The position numbers and the translations under genes were made by a program. 41,946 nt of DNA from a virus (taxonomy: Duplodnaviria; Caudoviricetes), in IMG/VR virus record IMGVR_UViG_3300037751_000826, positions 1 to 41,946 of that record. The stretch is one strand, 5' to 3'. Positions 7,326-14,993 of this stretch are shown here, one piece after another. The notes under the pieces are model-generated. The model was not told the origin of the DNA. It saw only the letters and a program-made list of their open reading frames with translations, and ran no database searches. Each line of letters begins with the position of its first letter. The first letter of the stretch is position 1.

Positions 7326-10294
7326 TGCTGCCACCAGTCGCCTCCGGATAGTTCCTGCTTGATAGTACACGGGGACAAAGCCGCAGAGCGCTCCGCGATC
7401 GCCGTCGCTGCGGCCTGAGGCTCGCCAACGCCCGCCCCCACTGCTTTTTGATCGCGTGTCGGCCCTTCCTTGGCAGAGCGCTCAAGATTCAGCACCAAGA
7501 GACGCCTGAGGATTTCATCGTCAGGCATTTTCTGCGTGTAGTCCGTCCAGCCGTAGGCAGCGGCCACGGCGGTGTCGAGTTCGCGGTGGGCATGGTCGAG
7601 CCATGCCGGGCGGGCGTTGTAGAGGTTGGTCAGCGTGCGCTTCTTCAGCTCGGCCTCGTGGCCGGCCTTGGCGATGGGGCGCAACGGGAAGCCGGCCGCC
7701 TCTTCCTCCTTCGTCCGCACCCAGTCCACCCACTCCGGCGGGTTGAGCCAATTTTCGCGGAGTTCGTTCAGTCGCTCCGCGGCGACGGCGATAGCTTCGG
7801 CGTGAGCGCCGGCTGGCGTGTCACGTGGCGTCAGCCCCCCGGGAAAGGGAAAAGTCTCAAAGGTGGTGGTGGGGGTGTAGCGGGGCCGATCTTCCAGCGA
7901 CGTGCCCATGCGCAGCGACCACAGCTCATGGAAGCGCGAATGCAGAATGCCGAAAGTGGTGTCGTCGGAGCGGGCGATGACGATAGCTGCATTTTCCGGC
8001 AATTGAATCTCTGGCAACCATACAAAAAGGCGGTATTTGGAAACCATTGGTGTCGCAATAAAACGACCTAAACCGGATAGAGCCTTGCGCAGTTCAGGGC
8101 GTGGACGCTCATGCAACCACCATTTCTCGCGTAGCGCTTGCTCGCGCTTTTTCTGACGATCACCCTTTACATGTTGAACAACCCACTCAAATGGGTTTTC
8201 ATAAAGCGCTGCTTCTTGCTCGTTTAAACCGGGAAAGTAAATAACCCATTGATGACGCGAACGGCTAGTAATGTCTTTTGCGTTTGCGTATGGGTGCAAC
8301 ACTGCCGCATTCGATTGGCCATGTGGGGTCGGTAGCTTGAGCCAAGCCAATGCAGTTTCTAGGGGCACGTCAAATGAGCCGTTCATTTTGAACCCGGAAA
8401 AAGCCGCCCCTGTGTTCTCTGACAGTGGCTTCGCCTGTGTCAGATTAAGCGCCCCTCTGGTTTCGTTGCCTGCTGTCAGGTCGGCGTGTATTTCACTAAC
8501 AGGCTGGCCATCGAGCATGGCCCCCTTGCCATCGCCAAAACAGACCAGTGACACCCGCACCGCTGCGCCGTTATTGATCCATGGCTCGTCGCTCCAGGCT
8601 TCGAAGATTCGCATGGTGTTCAAGATACGCTCTAGCACCTTGCGGCTGGCGCCGCCCCGTATGGAATTGGTGCCAACTAGTCCTGCTCGCCTAGCCTTGC
8701 CGGTTTCGATCTGGGCACGCGCTTTCTCGAACCAGTAGGTGACGAAATCCGCGCTACCGGGTACGCGGTTTTCATAGTGCTTACGTAACGTCCCGACATA
8801 TGCATCACCCAGCTCACGCAATATGAAACGCTGCCCCAAAAACGGGGGGTTGCCGACGATGGCGTCGGCAGCGGGCCACTCGGGTTCGCATCCCGCCGGC
8901 GTCAGAACGGCGTCCCGGTTCTCGATGTGGTCGAGCGGGCGCAGGATGGGGTCGCGCCTAAGCGCGTAGCCGTGCATTAGCATCCATTGGATTTCGCCGA
9001 TCCAGACGGTGACGCGGGCGAGCTCGGCGGCATACGGGTTGAGTTCGATGCCGAGCACGTTGGACGGGCTGGTCTCGATGACAAGTTCGCGGTGCAGCCC
9101 TAACGCCTCGGCGTCGAGGTTGGCGCGGTGTTCCAAGTCCTTGAGGGCTTTCAGCGCCAGGTACAAAAAATTTCCGCTGCCGCAAGCCGGGTCGAGTACG
9201 CGGTAAGACTTCAACCGCTGGATGAACTGAATGAAGGCGGTCTGTGCTTCGTCGTGCGCGGTCTTGCTGCCTTTACCACCCTGCGCGTGCTTCTCCAACA
9301 GCGTGGCGATCTCCCCTTTGACGCCCTCCCACTCGGCCAAGAGCGGCGCCTCGATCACCGGGCGGATGAGCTTGAGGATGGTGGCGGGATCGGTGTAGTG
9401 CGCGCCGAGCTGGCTGCGCATTTCGGGGTTTAGGCCGCGCTCGAACAGGGTGCCGAGGATGGCGGGCTCGATCGCGCCCCAGTCCATCCGCGCGGCACCC
9501 AGCAGTTGAACCACGTCATCGGTGGTGAGCGCCGGAACCTCGATCTCTTTGAACAGGCCACCGTTGAACCACGGTATGTCGTTCATGGCGAAGTCGCCGC
9601 CATCCCGCATCGCCTCGAACAGTTGGGCAAGTCGGGACTGCGCCTTGGTGCCGTCGGGGTTGGACTTGTCGAGCACCGTCTCGAACAGCTTTTCCGGCAG
9701 CAGCTTCGCATCTTCGCTGAACATGCAGAAAACACACTGGATCAGGAAGTGGGCGGTCTGCTGTGGTGTGTTGCCGCGCGCGTTGAGACGTTCGGCCAGC
9801 TCACCCATCTTGCGCGCTGCTTCTTCGGTTACGGCGTAGGTCGTGAGTTTGGGCTTGAAGCGATCAGGCGCCTCGAACAGCCAGCGCAGCTTTTGCAGAT
9901 TCAGCGGCTCGCCGATTTCTTCGAGCCGGATGCTGTGGACTTCGCTAGGCGTGCCTGTGAAGTGTGTATGAATCTCGATGCGGCCACGGTCGGAGACGAC
10001 CAATAGCGGCGGGTTGTCGAGCGCGAGCGCGTAGGTCATCAACTGCTTCAGCGCCGCACCTAGGTCTTTGCCGGGCGCCTTGCTTTCCCACGCGAAGGCA
10101 CCACGTTTCCACACATCGGCCCAACCGTGGCCGGCGCCGGTTCGGGTGGCGCCACGCTCGAAGCTGTAGTTGTCGGGGTCGTTGGGCTTGTCGACCCCTA
10201 GCATGTCGCACAAGTCGAGGAAGTAGGTCTGTGCCCCCGCCTTCTCGGACAGAGGGTTATCGCGCCATTTGGCAATGAAGGCTTTGGGTGTCAT
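7322..10294 (-). CDS. MmeI-like single-chain Type IIG/IIL restriction-modification enzyme (m6A MTase)
   Basis: N-terminal nuclease motif ADVWK..FAWESK, GAHYT, DPACGSGNFL (motif I), GNPPF (motif IV), C-terminal TRD and RTLTNLYN.RP.WL tail. Confidence 0.88.
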   Translation of the reverse strand: MTPKAFIAKWRDNPLSEKAGAQTYFLDLCDMLGVDKPNDPDNYSFERGATRTGAGHGWADVWKRGAFAWESKAPGKDLGAALKQLMTYALALDNPPLLVVSDRGRIEIHTHFTGTPSEVHSIRLEEIGEPLNLQKLRWLFEAPDRFKPKLTTYAVTEEAARKMGELAERLNARGNTPQQTAHFLIQCVFCMFSEDAKLLPEKLFETVLDKSNPDGTKAQSRLAQLFEAMRDGGDFAMNDIPWFNGGLFKEIEVPALTTDDVVQLLGAARMDWGAIEPAILGTLFERGLNPEMRSQLGAHYTDPATILKLIRPVIEAPLLAEWEGVKGEIATLLEKHAQGGKGSKTAHDEAQTAFIQFIQRLKSYRVLDPACGSGNFLYLALKALKDLEHRANLDAEALGLHRELVIETSPSNVLGIELNPYAAELARVTVWIGEIQWMLMHGYALRRDPILRPLDHIENRDAVLTPAGCEPEWPAADAIVGNPPFLGQRFILRELGDAYVGTLRKHYENRVPGSADFVTYWFEKARAQIETGKARRAGLVGTNSIRGGASRKVLERILNTMRIFEAWSDEPWINNGAAVRVSLVCFGDGKGAMLDGQPVSEIHADLTAGNETRGALNLTQAKPLSENTGAAFSGFKMNGSFDVPLETALAWLKLPTPHGQSNAAVLHPYANAKDITSRSRHQWVIYFPGLNEQEAALYENPFEWVVQHVKGDRQKKREQALREKWWLHERPRPELRKALSGLGRFIATPMVSKYRLFVWLPEIQLPENAAIVIARSDDTTFGILHSRFHELWSLRMGTSLEDRPRYTPTTTFETFPFPGGLTPRDTPAGAHAEAIAVAAERLNELRENWLNPPEWVDWVRTKEEEAAGFPLRPIAKAGHEAELKKRTLTNLYNARPAWLDHAHRELDTAVAAAYGWTDYTQKMPDDEILRRLLVLNLERSAKEGPTRDQKAVGAGVGEPQAAATAIAERSAALSPCTIKQELSGGDWWQQ

Positions 10295-10372
10295 GGCGCG
10301 ATGCTACCAAACCGGCGATAAAACCGGGGGCTTGGGTCGCAGACAGGACGCCATCCGCACCGCAATGGCAAC

Positions 10373-10396
10373 AAAAAACCCGCCGAAGCGGGTTTT
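10373..10396. terminator. Bidirectional intrinsic terminator ending the cI-cargo operon
   Basis: AAAACCCGC-CGAA-GCGGGTTTT hairpin with A/T tracts on both sides, just after the PIN gene. Confidence 0.85.
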
Positions 10397-10416
10397 CTCA
10401 GACTGTTATGAGGTGA

Positions 10417-10896
10417 TTAGACGGGGAACTCAATACGATGCTGGCGAGCGCTATCTGGAATGGGCAGGTCTTCGATTTGCTTAGTTTCGATCTTTTCGCG
10501 CGAGGCTTTTCTTCTTAAATTTCCATCCCCGGTGACCAGTAACGACGCGCCATTGGATTTCGCAATGGCCAGTATCTGCATGTCGAATTTTGCTTTGTGG
10601 CGGTCCTTCTTGTTGCCATCCATACCCGCTGCCCACGCCCTCAGCATTTCCCCGCACTCAAGGGCCGCCTTCGCATCAAATGGAGCAATCCGGAATACGG
10701 ATTGGCCGAGTAGAAAATCCATCTCATGTTGGAGCGCCTTAGCTGCAAACTCGGAAAGGGCCGGGCTTGGAATAATTAGGCGTCTTCTGTTGGCCTTGGC
10801 GTCGGCAACCAGTCCATCAATTCGAATTTTCTCGAAGTCATCAACAGATGTCCTGAATAGGGCCACAAGCACATTTGCATCGATTACTGTAGCCAT
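10417..10896 (-). CDS. PIN-domain ribonuclease (VapC-like)
   Basis: VIDANV, SPALSEF, KFDMQILAIA, LVTGD provide the acidic tetrad of PIN domains. Confidence 0.85.
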   Translation of the reverse strand: MATVIDANVLVALFRTSVDDFEKIRIDGLVADAKANRRRLIIPSPALSEFAAKALQHEMDFLLGQSVFRIAPFDAKAALECGEMLRAWAAGMDGNKKDRHKAKFDMQILAIAKSNGASLLVTGDGNLRRKASREKIETKQIEDLPIPDSARQHRIEFPV

Positions 10897-11622
10897 TCAG
10901 GATCCGTAGCGTATGCGTGAAAGTTCTTGGTCAACGTTCTGCACATTGTCCCAACCAGAGCCGGCAGCACGTGTGCGCTCGAGCTCGTTCTCGAGCCCAT
11001 CAAAGTCCATAACGGAAAAATCGTTAACCTTGAATTCGATGGCCTCCCACTCTCCCGAATCCTTTCTCTTCCATCGCCCAATGCCAGTAAGAATCACATC
11101 TATCGGCTCAAGCAGATAAGGCTTCAGCCTGAGAGCCATCTCAATATTGGCCGTACAGTTGATGACTTCACCGTCAGGCGTTCGGAGTGCTACAGGGATA
11201 GTTTCGTCGCGGCCACCGAGCTTAATGATTCGTCCACTGATTTCGCCATATTCCTTGACGATTGCAACACGTAGCGCATTCCTCGGCCCGCCAGGGAATT
11301 TAAGGATCACAGCCCCCTTGGGCGGCTTAAATTCGGCGGAGGTCTTGTCCGCCGCAAGCAAGCTCTGAATTTTGTCGTAGCCGCGCCGCAACGATGACCC
11401 TTCATCGGCCGATGGGGCTAAGCGAACTCTATTGACTACGACGGGGGCGTCATTATCGTCAATCCAAACTTTGAGCTGGGCGCTACCCTTAGTGACGCGC
11501 TCAAAGCTGACGCCGACATCATCACCAATGAGGTCAGCAAGCGCGCACACATACTCGCCCAGCCTTCCTAGCGGAAGAGACTGGGGGGTGAACCCCTTTA
11601 TTCTCAGTGCGTACGTAGCCAT
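10897..11622 (-). CDS. Uncharacterised 241-aa protein coupled to the PIN gene (candidate antitoxin/sensor)
   Basis: Stop directly abuts the PIN ATG; same AT-richer composition; TACAAT 6 nt upstream of its ATG. Confidence 0.8.
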   Translation of the reverse strand: MATYALRIKGFTPQSLPLGRLGEYVCALADLIGDDVGVSFERVTKGSAQLKVWIDDNDAPVVVNRVRLAPSADEGSSLRRGYDKIQSLLAADKTSAEFKPPKGAVILKFPGGPRNALRVAIVKEYGEISGRIIKLGGRDETIPVALRTPDGEVINCTANIEMALRLKPYLLEPIDVILTGIGRWKRKDSGEWEAIEFKVNDFSVMDFDGLENELERTRAAGSGWDNVQNVDQELSRIRYGS

Positions 11623-11643
11623 AAGCGTATTGTAGAGCAATGC

Positions 11644-12090
11644 TTAACGATCAATATATCGGCCGCCCTTGCGCCACTCCCACGGTGGCACGGGCCCGGC
11701 ATCCGCCCACAACCCGCGCCCCCCTGCCCTCGCCATGGATTGCACGTGATACAGGCTGCGGTCGGTCATATAGCGATCGTACACCCAAGCCATTCCGGCC
11801 TGCACCTGGTGCGCGCTCGCATCCTGACCCTCGCATTTCACACGGGCTATCGTCCGGCCGTAGCGGTCTGTCTTCTGCGGGAATACCTCGGCCTGCTTGC
11901 CGAAGCAGAGGTCTGACAACGACTGTTTCGAGCGGGTACCGAACGGCTGCTTTTTCTCAGGCGCGTCGATCTCGGCGATCCTGATCTTGATCGGCTGCCG
12001 CCCATGGAGCACGGTCAGGGTGTCGCCGTCGCTGATCCCGATGACGCTGGCGAAGAACGCGGCGGCGAGAATACCGGTCGAGGCAGCCAT
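11644..12090 (-). CDS. Thermonuclease (staphylococcal nuclease family)
   Basis: ISDGDT, IRIAEIDAPE, QPFG, DRYGR, GLW, PPWEWR. Confidence 0.93.
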   Translation of the reverse strand: MAASTGILAAAFFASVIGISDGDTLTVLHGRQPIKIRIAEIDAPEKKQPFGTRSKQSLSDLCFGKQAEVFPQKTDRYGRTIARVKCEGQDASAHQVQAGMAWVYDRYMTDRSLYHVQSMARAGGRGLWADAGPVPPWEWRKGGRYIDR

Positions 12091-12486
12091 CTATCCGGCG
12101 TTCTTACACGCGATCTCGCCGTAATCACTGTCCAGGTATTCGATGACTCTCCCAGAATTCCAAAGCATATAAATTCGCTTGTAGCCGGTGTAGGCGCCAT
12201 AGATGTTCTTGGCGTTGACCTCGAAGCAGATGGCCCACCCTGCCCCACCGTTCGTGAGCATGGTCTTGTTGGTGACCTGGCGCCAGGGCTTGCCGATGAC
12301 CTGATACTTCGCCGAGTCGGGATCCTTGAGCCGGTAACGCATGGCGTCGGCAATCACCTGCTCGACGTTTGCCGGGGGCTCTCCGGCATCCTCAACGGTG
12401 AGTTTTCGCCCGTCACCTGCAGTAGGGGCGGCTGCGCAGCCGCCGAGCAGCGCAGCAAGAAACAGTACGGTGACGTGTTTTTTCAT
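12091..12486 (-). CDS. Lipoprotein of unknown function (candidate superinfection exclusion)
   Basis: MKK + hydrophobic core + lipobox LGGC; LKDPDSA and VNAKN.YG.YTG motifs; GAGGAG SD. Confidence 0.8.
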   Translation of the reverse strand: MKKHVTVLFLAALLGGCAAAPTAGDGRKLTVEDAGEPPANVEQVIADAMRYRLKDPDSAKYQVIGKPWRQVTNKTMLTNGGAGWAICFEVNAKNIYGAYTGYKRIYMLWNSGRVIEYLDSDYGEIACKNAG

Positions 12487-12491
12487 TTTGT

Positions 12492-13130
12492 TCACTCCTC
12501 TTCTTTTGGAAAGCACGGGCACCAGTCGCACCCCTCCCGGATCGCCGCCGATAGTAGCTGATCAGCTTCCGAAGATGGGTGCCCCGGCTGAAACCTGAAG
12601 CCACGAGACAGAAGGTAGCGGCACGGGAACTCGTACACCTTCCCCCCCACCTCATCGTCGCGCTCGAAGGCGTTGCGCATGACGTCGGCGACATCGATCG
12701 AGGATACCGACGTACGGCCGGAGAGGTACCGCTCGACCAGATGCGACTCATGGACGATCTGCACACAGTGCGCTCGAGGATCCGGGAGCCCGGACGCCTC
12801 GAGGTAGCACTGGAGCACAGCCTCGGTGCGGAATGCGTCCTGCGTCAGCTTGCCGCCGGCGACGAGTTGCAGCCCCTTGGTGCCGCGCAGGTTGCGCACC
12901 AGGGTGAGCGCCAGCGCGGCCTGCTCGCGGGTACGGCCGAAGGCTGCGAAGTGGAACAGGGTTTTCCCGATCTCGGCTTCTTCGTAGCGGGCTGCCTGAC
13001 GAGCGAAGTTGACGGCAGCGTCGTACCCGCTCCCGCGCGACTTCGGGAAAACGGTCGCGATCGATCCCTCGAGCGAGGCGCGAATCAGGTCGAAGCTGCC
13101 CGGGGCAGCGACTAGAACGCTCGACGGCAC
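12492..13130 (-). CDS. Hypothetical Cys-rich protein immediately downstream of cI
   Basis: GTG at 13130, 1 nt after the cI stop; ends CDWCPCF with additional Cys/His; start inferred. Confidence 0.7.
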   Translation of the reverse strand: MPSSVLVAAPGSFDLIRASLEGSIATVFPKSRGSGYDAAVNFARQAARYEEAEIGKTLFHFAAFGRTREQAALALTLVRNLRGTKGLQLVAGGKLTQDAFRTEAVLQCYLEASGLPDPRAHCVQIVHESHLVERYLSGRTSVSSIDVADVMRNAFERDDEVGGKVYEFPCRYLLSRGFRFQPGHPSSEADQLLSAAIREGCDWCPCFPKEEE

Positions 13131-13131
13131 T

Positions 13132-13773
13132 TTACTTCCTGCGATAGCGCCGGTGCTCGACCATCGTGCCGATGATCCGGACGGGGGTGATGTCTGATCG
13201 CAGCGACGGGTAGTCATCGTTGAGGGGCACCAGCTCGAACACCGACTCCCCATCTTCGTTCGATCCACGGGGACGATATTTCTTGAATGTGGCTTCGTTA
13301 TCGCCGTTCTTGGCGACGACGAAATCGCCCGGCAGCGGCTGCACGTGCGGGTCGATGATGACCGTGTCTCCCTCGCGGAACTCCGGGAGCATGGAGTCGC
13401 CCTTGATCTTCAGCGCGAAGGCGTTCGTGGACAGTTCGAGGTCAGTAAGGATCCATTCGGAGCCGTCGCCCGCCTGGTAGCTGTCCACAACCTCTGTCAT
13501 GTGCCCAGCTTGGACATAGCTGATCAAAGGGATGCGTCGTGCGCCAATCGGCGTTGGCGTGATATTGGTGGCACCTTCTGCCCCGGCGAAAAGATCGGCC
13601 ACCGTGCAGCCCAGCGCCGCGGCGATCTTTCGCAGCACGTCCTCGCTGGCGCCCTGCTTCCCAGTCTCGACGCGCGACAGGTTACCGGTGTCGCTGTCCA
13701 CCTTGCCGGCCAGATCCTCAAGGGTCCATTTCAGGGCCTTGCGGCGGCGTCTTATTTCGCTCCCTACGTTCAT
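13132..13773 (-). CDS. cI: CI-like repressor (HTH + S24 autopeptidase)
   Basis: HTH LEDLAGKVDSDTGNLSRVETG; VQAG cleavage site; GDSM Ser and ATFKK Lys; divergent from cro. Confidence 0.95.
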   Translation of the reverse strand: MNVGSEIRRRRKALKWTLEDLAGKVDSDTGNLSRVETGKQGASEDVLRKIAAALGCTVADLFAGAEGATNITPTPIGARRIPLISYVQAGHMTEVVDSYQAGDGSEWILTDLELSTNAFALKIKGDSMLPEFREGDTVIIDPHVQPLPGDFVVAKNGDNEATFKKYRPRGSNEDGESVFELVPLNDDYPSLRSDITPVRIIGTMVEHRRYRRK

Positions 13774-13779
13774 GCCGAC

Positions 13780-13809
13780 ATTGTCCTGCGCTTTCTGCGC
13801 AACGCGCAA
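13780..13809 (-). promoter_or_regulatory. PRM-like promoter, probably leaderless cI mRNA
   Basis: Minus strand TTGCGC, 18 bp, GACAAT, then 6 nt to the cI ATG; no SD. Confidence 0.55.
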
Positions 13810-13860
13810 AGCGGAAAACGCAGATTCTGCTTGACAATCATTCTGCGGTTTCCGCAGAAT
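13794..13860. promoter_or_regulatory. OR operators and PR promoter
   Basis: TCTGCG-CAACG-CGCAAA (13794-13810), AAAGCG-GAAAA-CGCAGA (13808-13824), perfect ATTCTGCGG-TTT-CCGCAGAAT (13840-13860); PR TTGACA 13831-13836, 18 bp, CAGAAT 13855-13860. Confidence 0.85.
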
Positions 13861-13894
13861 CGGAGCCGTGTTATTTCCTTCGAGATCGAGTGTC

Positions 13895-14353
13895 ATGAAA
13901 TCCCCTGCTGAAGAGCCTCAGGCCGAAGCGCACGTAGAAGCCTCCCCACAGGAGGATTCCCCCCTAAAGAAAGCCCGGCTGAAGCGAAAGCTGACGCTCC
14001 AGAAGGTTTCGACCGATGTCGGGACCGACACCGGGAACCTGAGCCGAATCGAGCGCGGGATCCAGGTGCCGTCAAAGGAACTCGCCGAGGCGCTGGTCAA
14101 GTACTTCGACAACGAGATCAATGAGACCCAGATCATTTATCCGGAGCGATTCGGCTACGCGACATGCTCGATCAGCAGCGCGGAGCCCGGTTGCGAGATG
14201 GCCTCCTCTATCGGCGAATTCGGCGAACCGCGTACCGGCGCCGCTCGGCGCGAAGGCGCGGACCGCCGGAGTGAGAAGAATCCTAGCTTCGGTGAACTCG
14301 GCGAGCCGCGCGACGGCGATCGCCGCCAAGAGGACCGACGCAGTAGCGACTAG
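13895..14353 (+). CDS. cro: Cro-like HTH regulator with Arg-rich repeated tail
   Basis: HTH LQKVSTDVGTDTGNLSRIERG; divergent from cI; start uncertain. Confidence 0.85.
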   Translation: MKSPAEEPQAEAHVEASPQEDSPLKKARLKRKLTLQKVSTDVGTDTGNLSRIERGIQVPSKELAEALVKYFDNEINETQIIYPERFGYATCSISSAEPGCEMASSIGEFGEPRTGAARREGADRRSEKNPSFGELGEPRDGDRRQEDRRSSD

Positions 14354-14431
14354 CTGTGAGGCGTTCGTTTTCATGGCCCGACTGTAGCGGGCCCCTACCC
14401 CCCACAAAACCACAGAACGAAAGGAAGAGTT

Positions 14432-14878
14432 GTGGAAATCAGGAAATCCTACCTGGCGATGATCAGGGAATACCCGGGCGGCTGGGACGCGATGTCCGCC
14501 GCGCTCGGCATGTCGAGAGACGCGCTGGAGAACCGCATCTACGAGCGCAAGGGGCAATCGATCCTGGTCGAGACCGCGCTGCAGATGCAGCAGTTCTCAG
14601 GCTCGACACATTTCGCAGAGGCCGTCGCCCAAGCGTCCGGCGGTGTGTTCATGAGGTTCCCCGAGCGTTCCAACCAGGACCGCGATGAACTGTTGGCCAA
14701 GTTCAACGAGCTCTATGCGGAGCTCGGCGATCTGTCGATCAAGTTCAAGGTGTCGGTCGAGGATGGGGAAATCGACAAGCGCGAAAAAGCCGACCTGACC
14801 GACGTGGGCCAGCACATCCACAGAACGGTGGAAGAGCTGCTCGCCCTGACCTTCCAGATCTACTGCCAGCCCGCATGA
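14432..14878 (+). CDS. CII-like (YmfL/phage regulatory) protein
   Basis: YPGGWDAMSAALGMS...LEN and EDGEIDKRE motifs; position after cro. Confidence 0.75.
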   Translation: MEIRKSYLAMIREYPGGWDAMSAALGMSRDALENRIYERKGQSILVETALQMQQFSGSTHFAEAVAQASGGVFMRFPERSNQDRDELLAKFNELYAELGDLSIKFKVSVEDGEIDKREKADLTDVGQHIHRTVEELLALTFQIYCQPA

Positions 14879-14989
14879 AAGTGCTCTGCGACACAGCGAT
14901 GGCGGTCTTGCGGTCTTGCGGTCTTGTGTCTGACGCTCGTCGCGATCTTTCGCGTGCTGCTCGACATGGATGATTTTCCTCAGGGGTGA
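14875..14989 (+). pseudogene. Small membrane-protein gene frameshifted by the 8-bp repeat
   Basis: ATGA overlap with the cII-like stop; with one repeat unit it reads MKVLCDTAMAVLCLTLVAIFRVLLDMDDFPQG and stops 4 nt before the next ATG. Confidence 0.5.
14902..14925 (+). repeat. Tandem repeat (GCGGTCTT)x3
   Basis: Three exact 8-bp units at 14902, 14910 and 14918. Confidence 0.95.
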
Positions 14990-14993
14990 CCAC

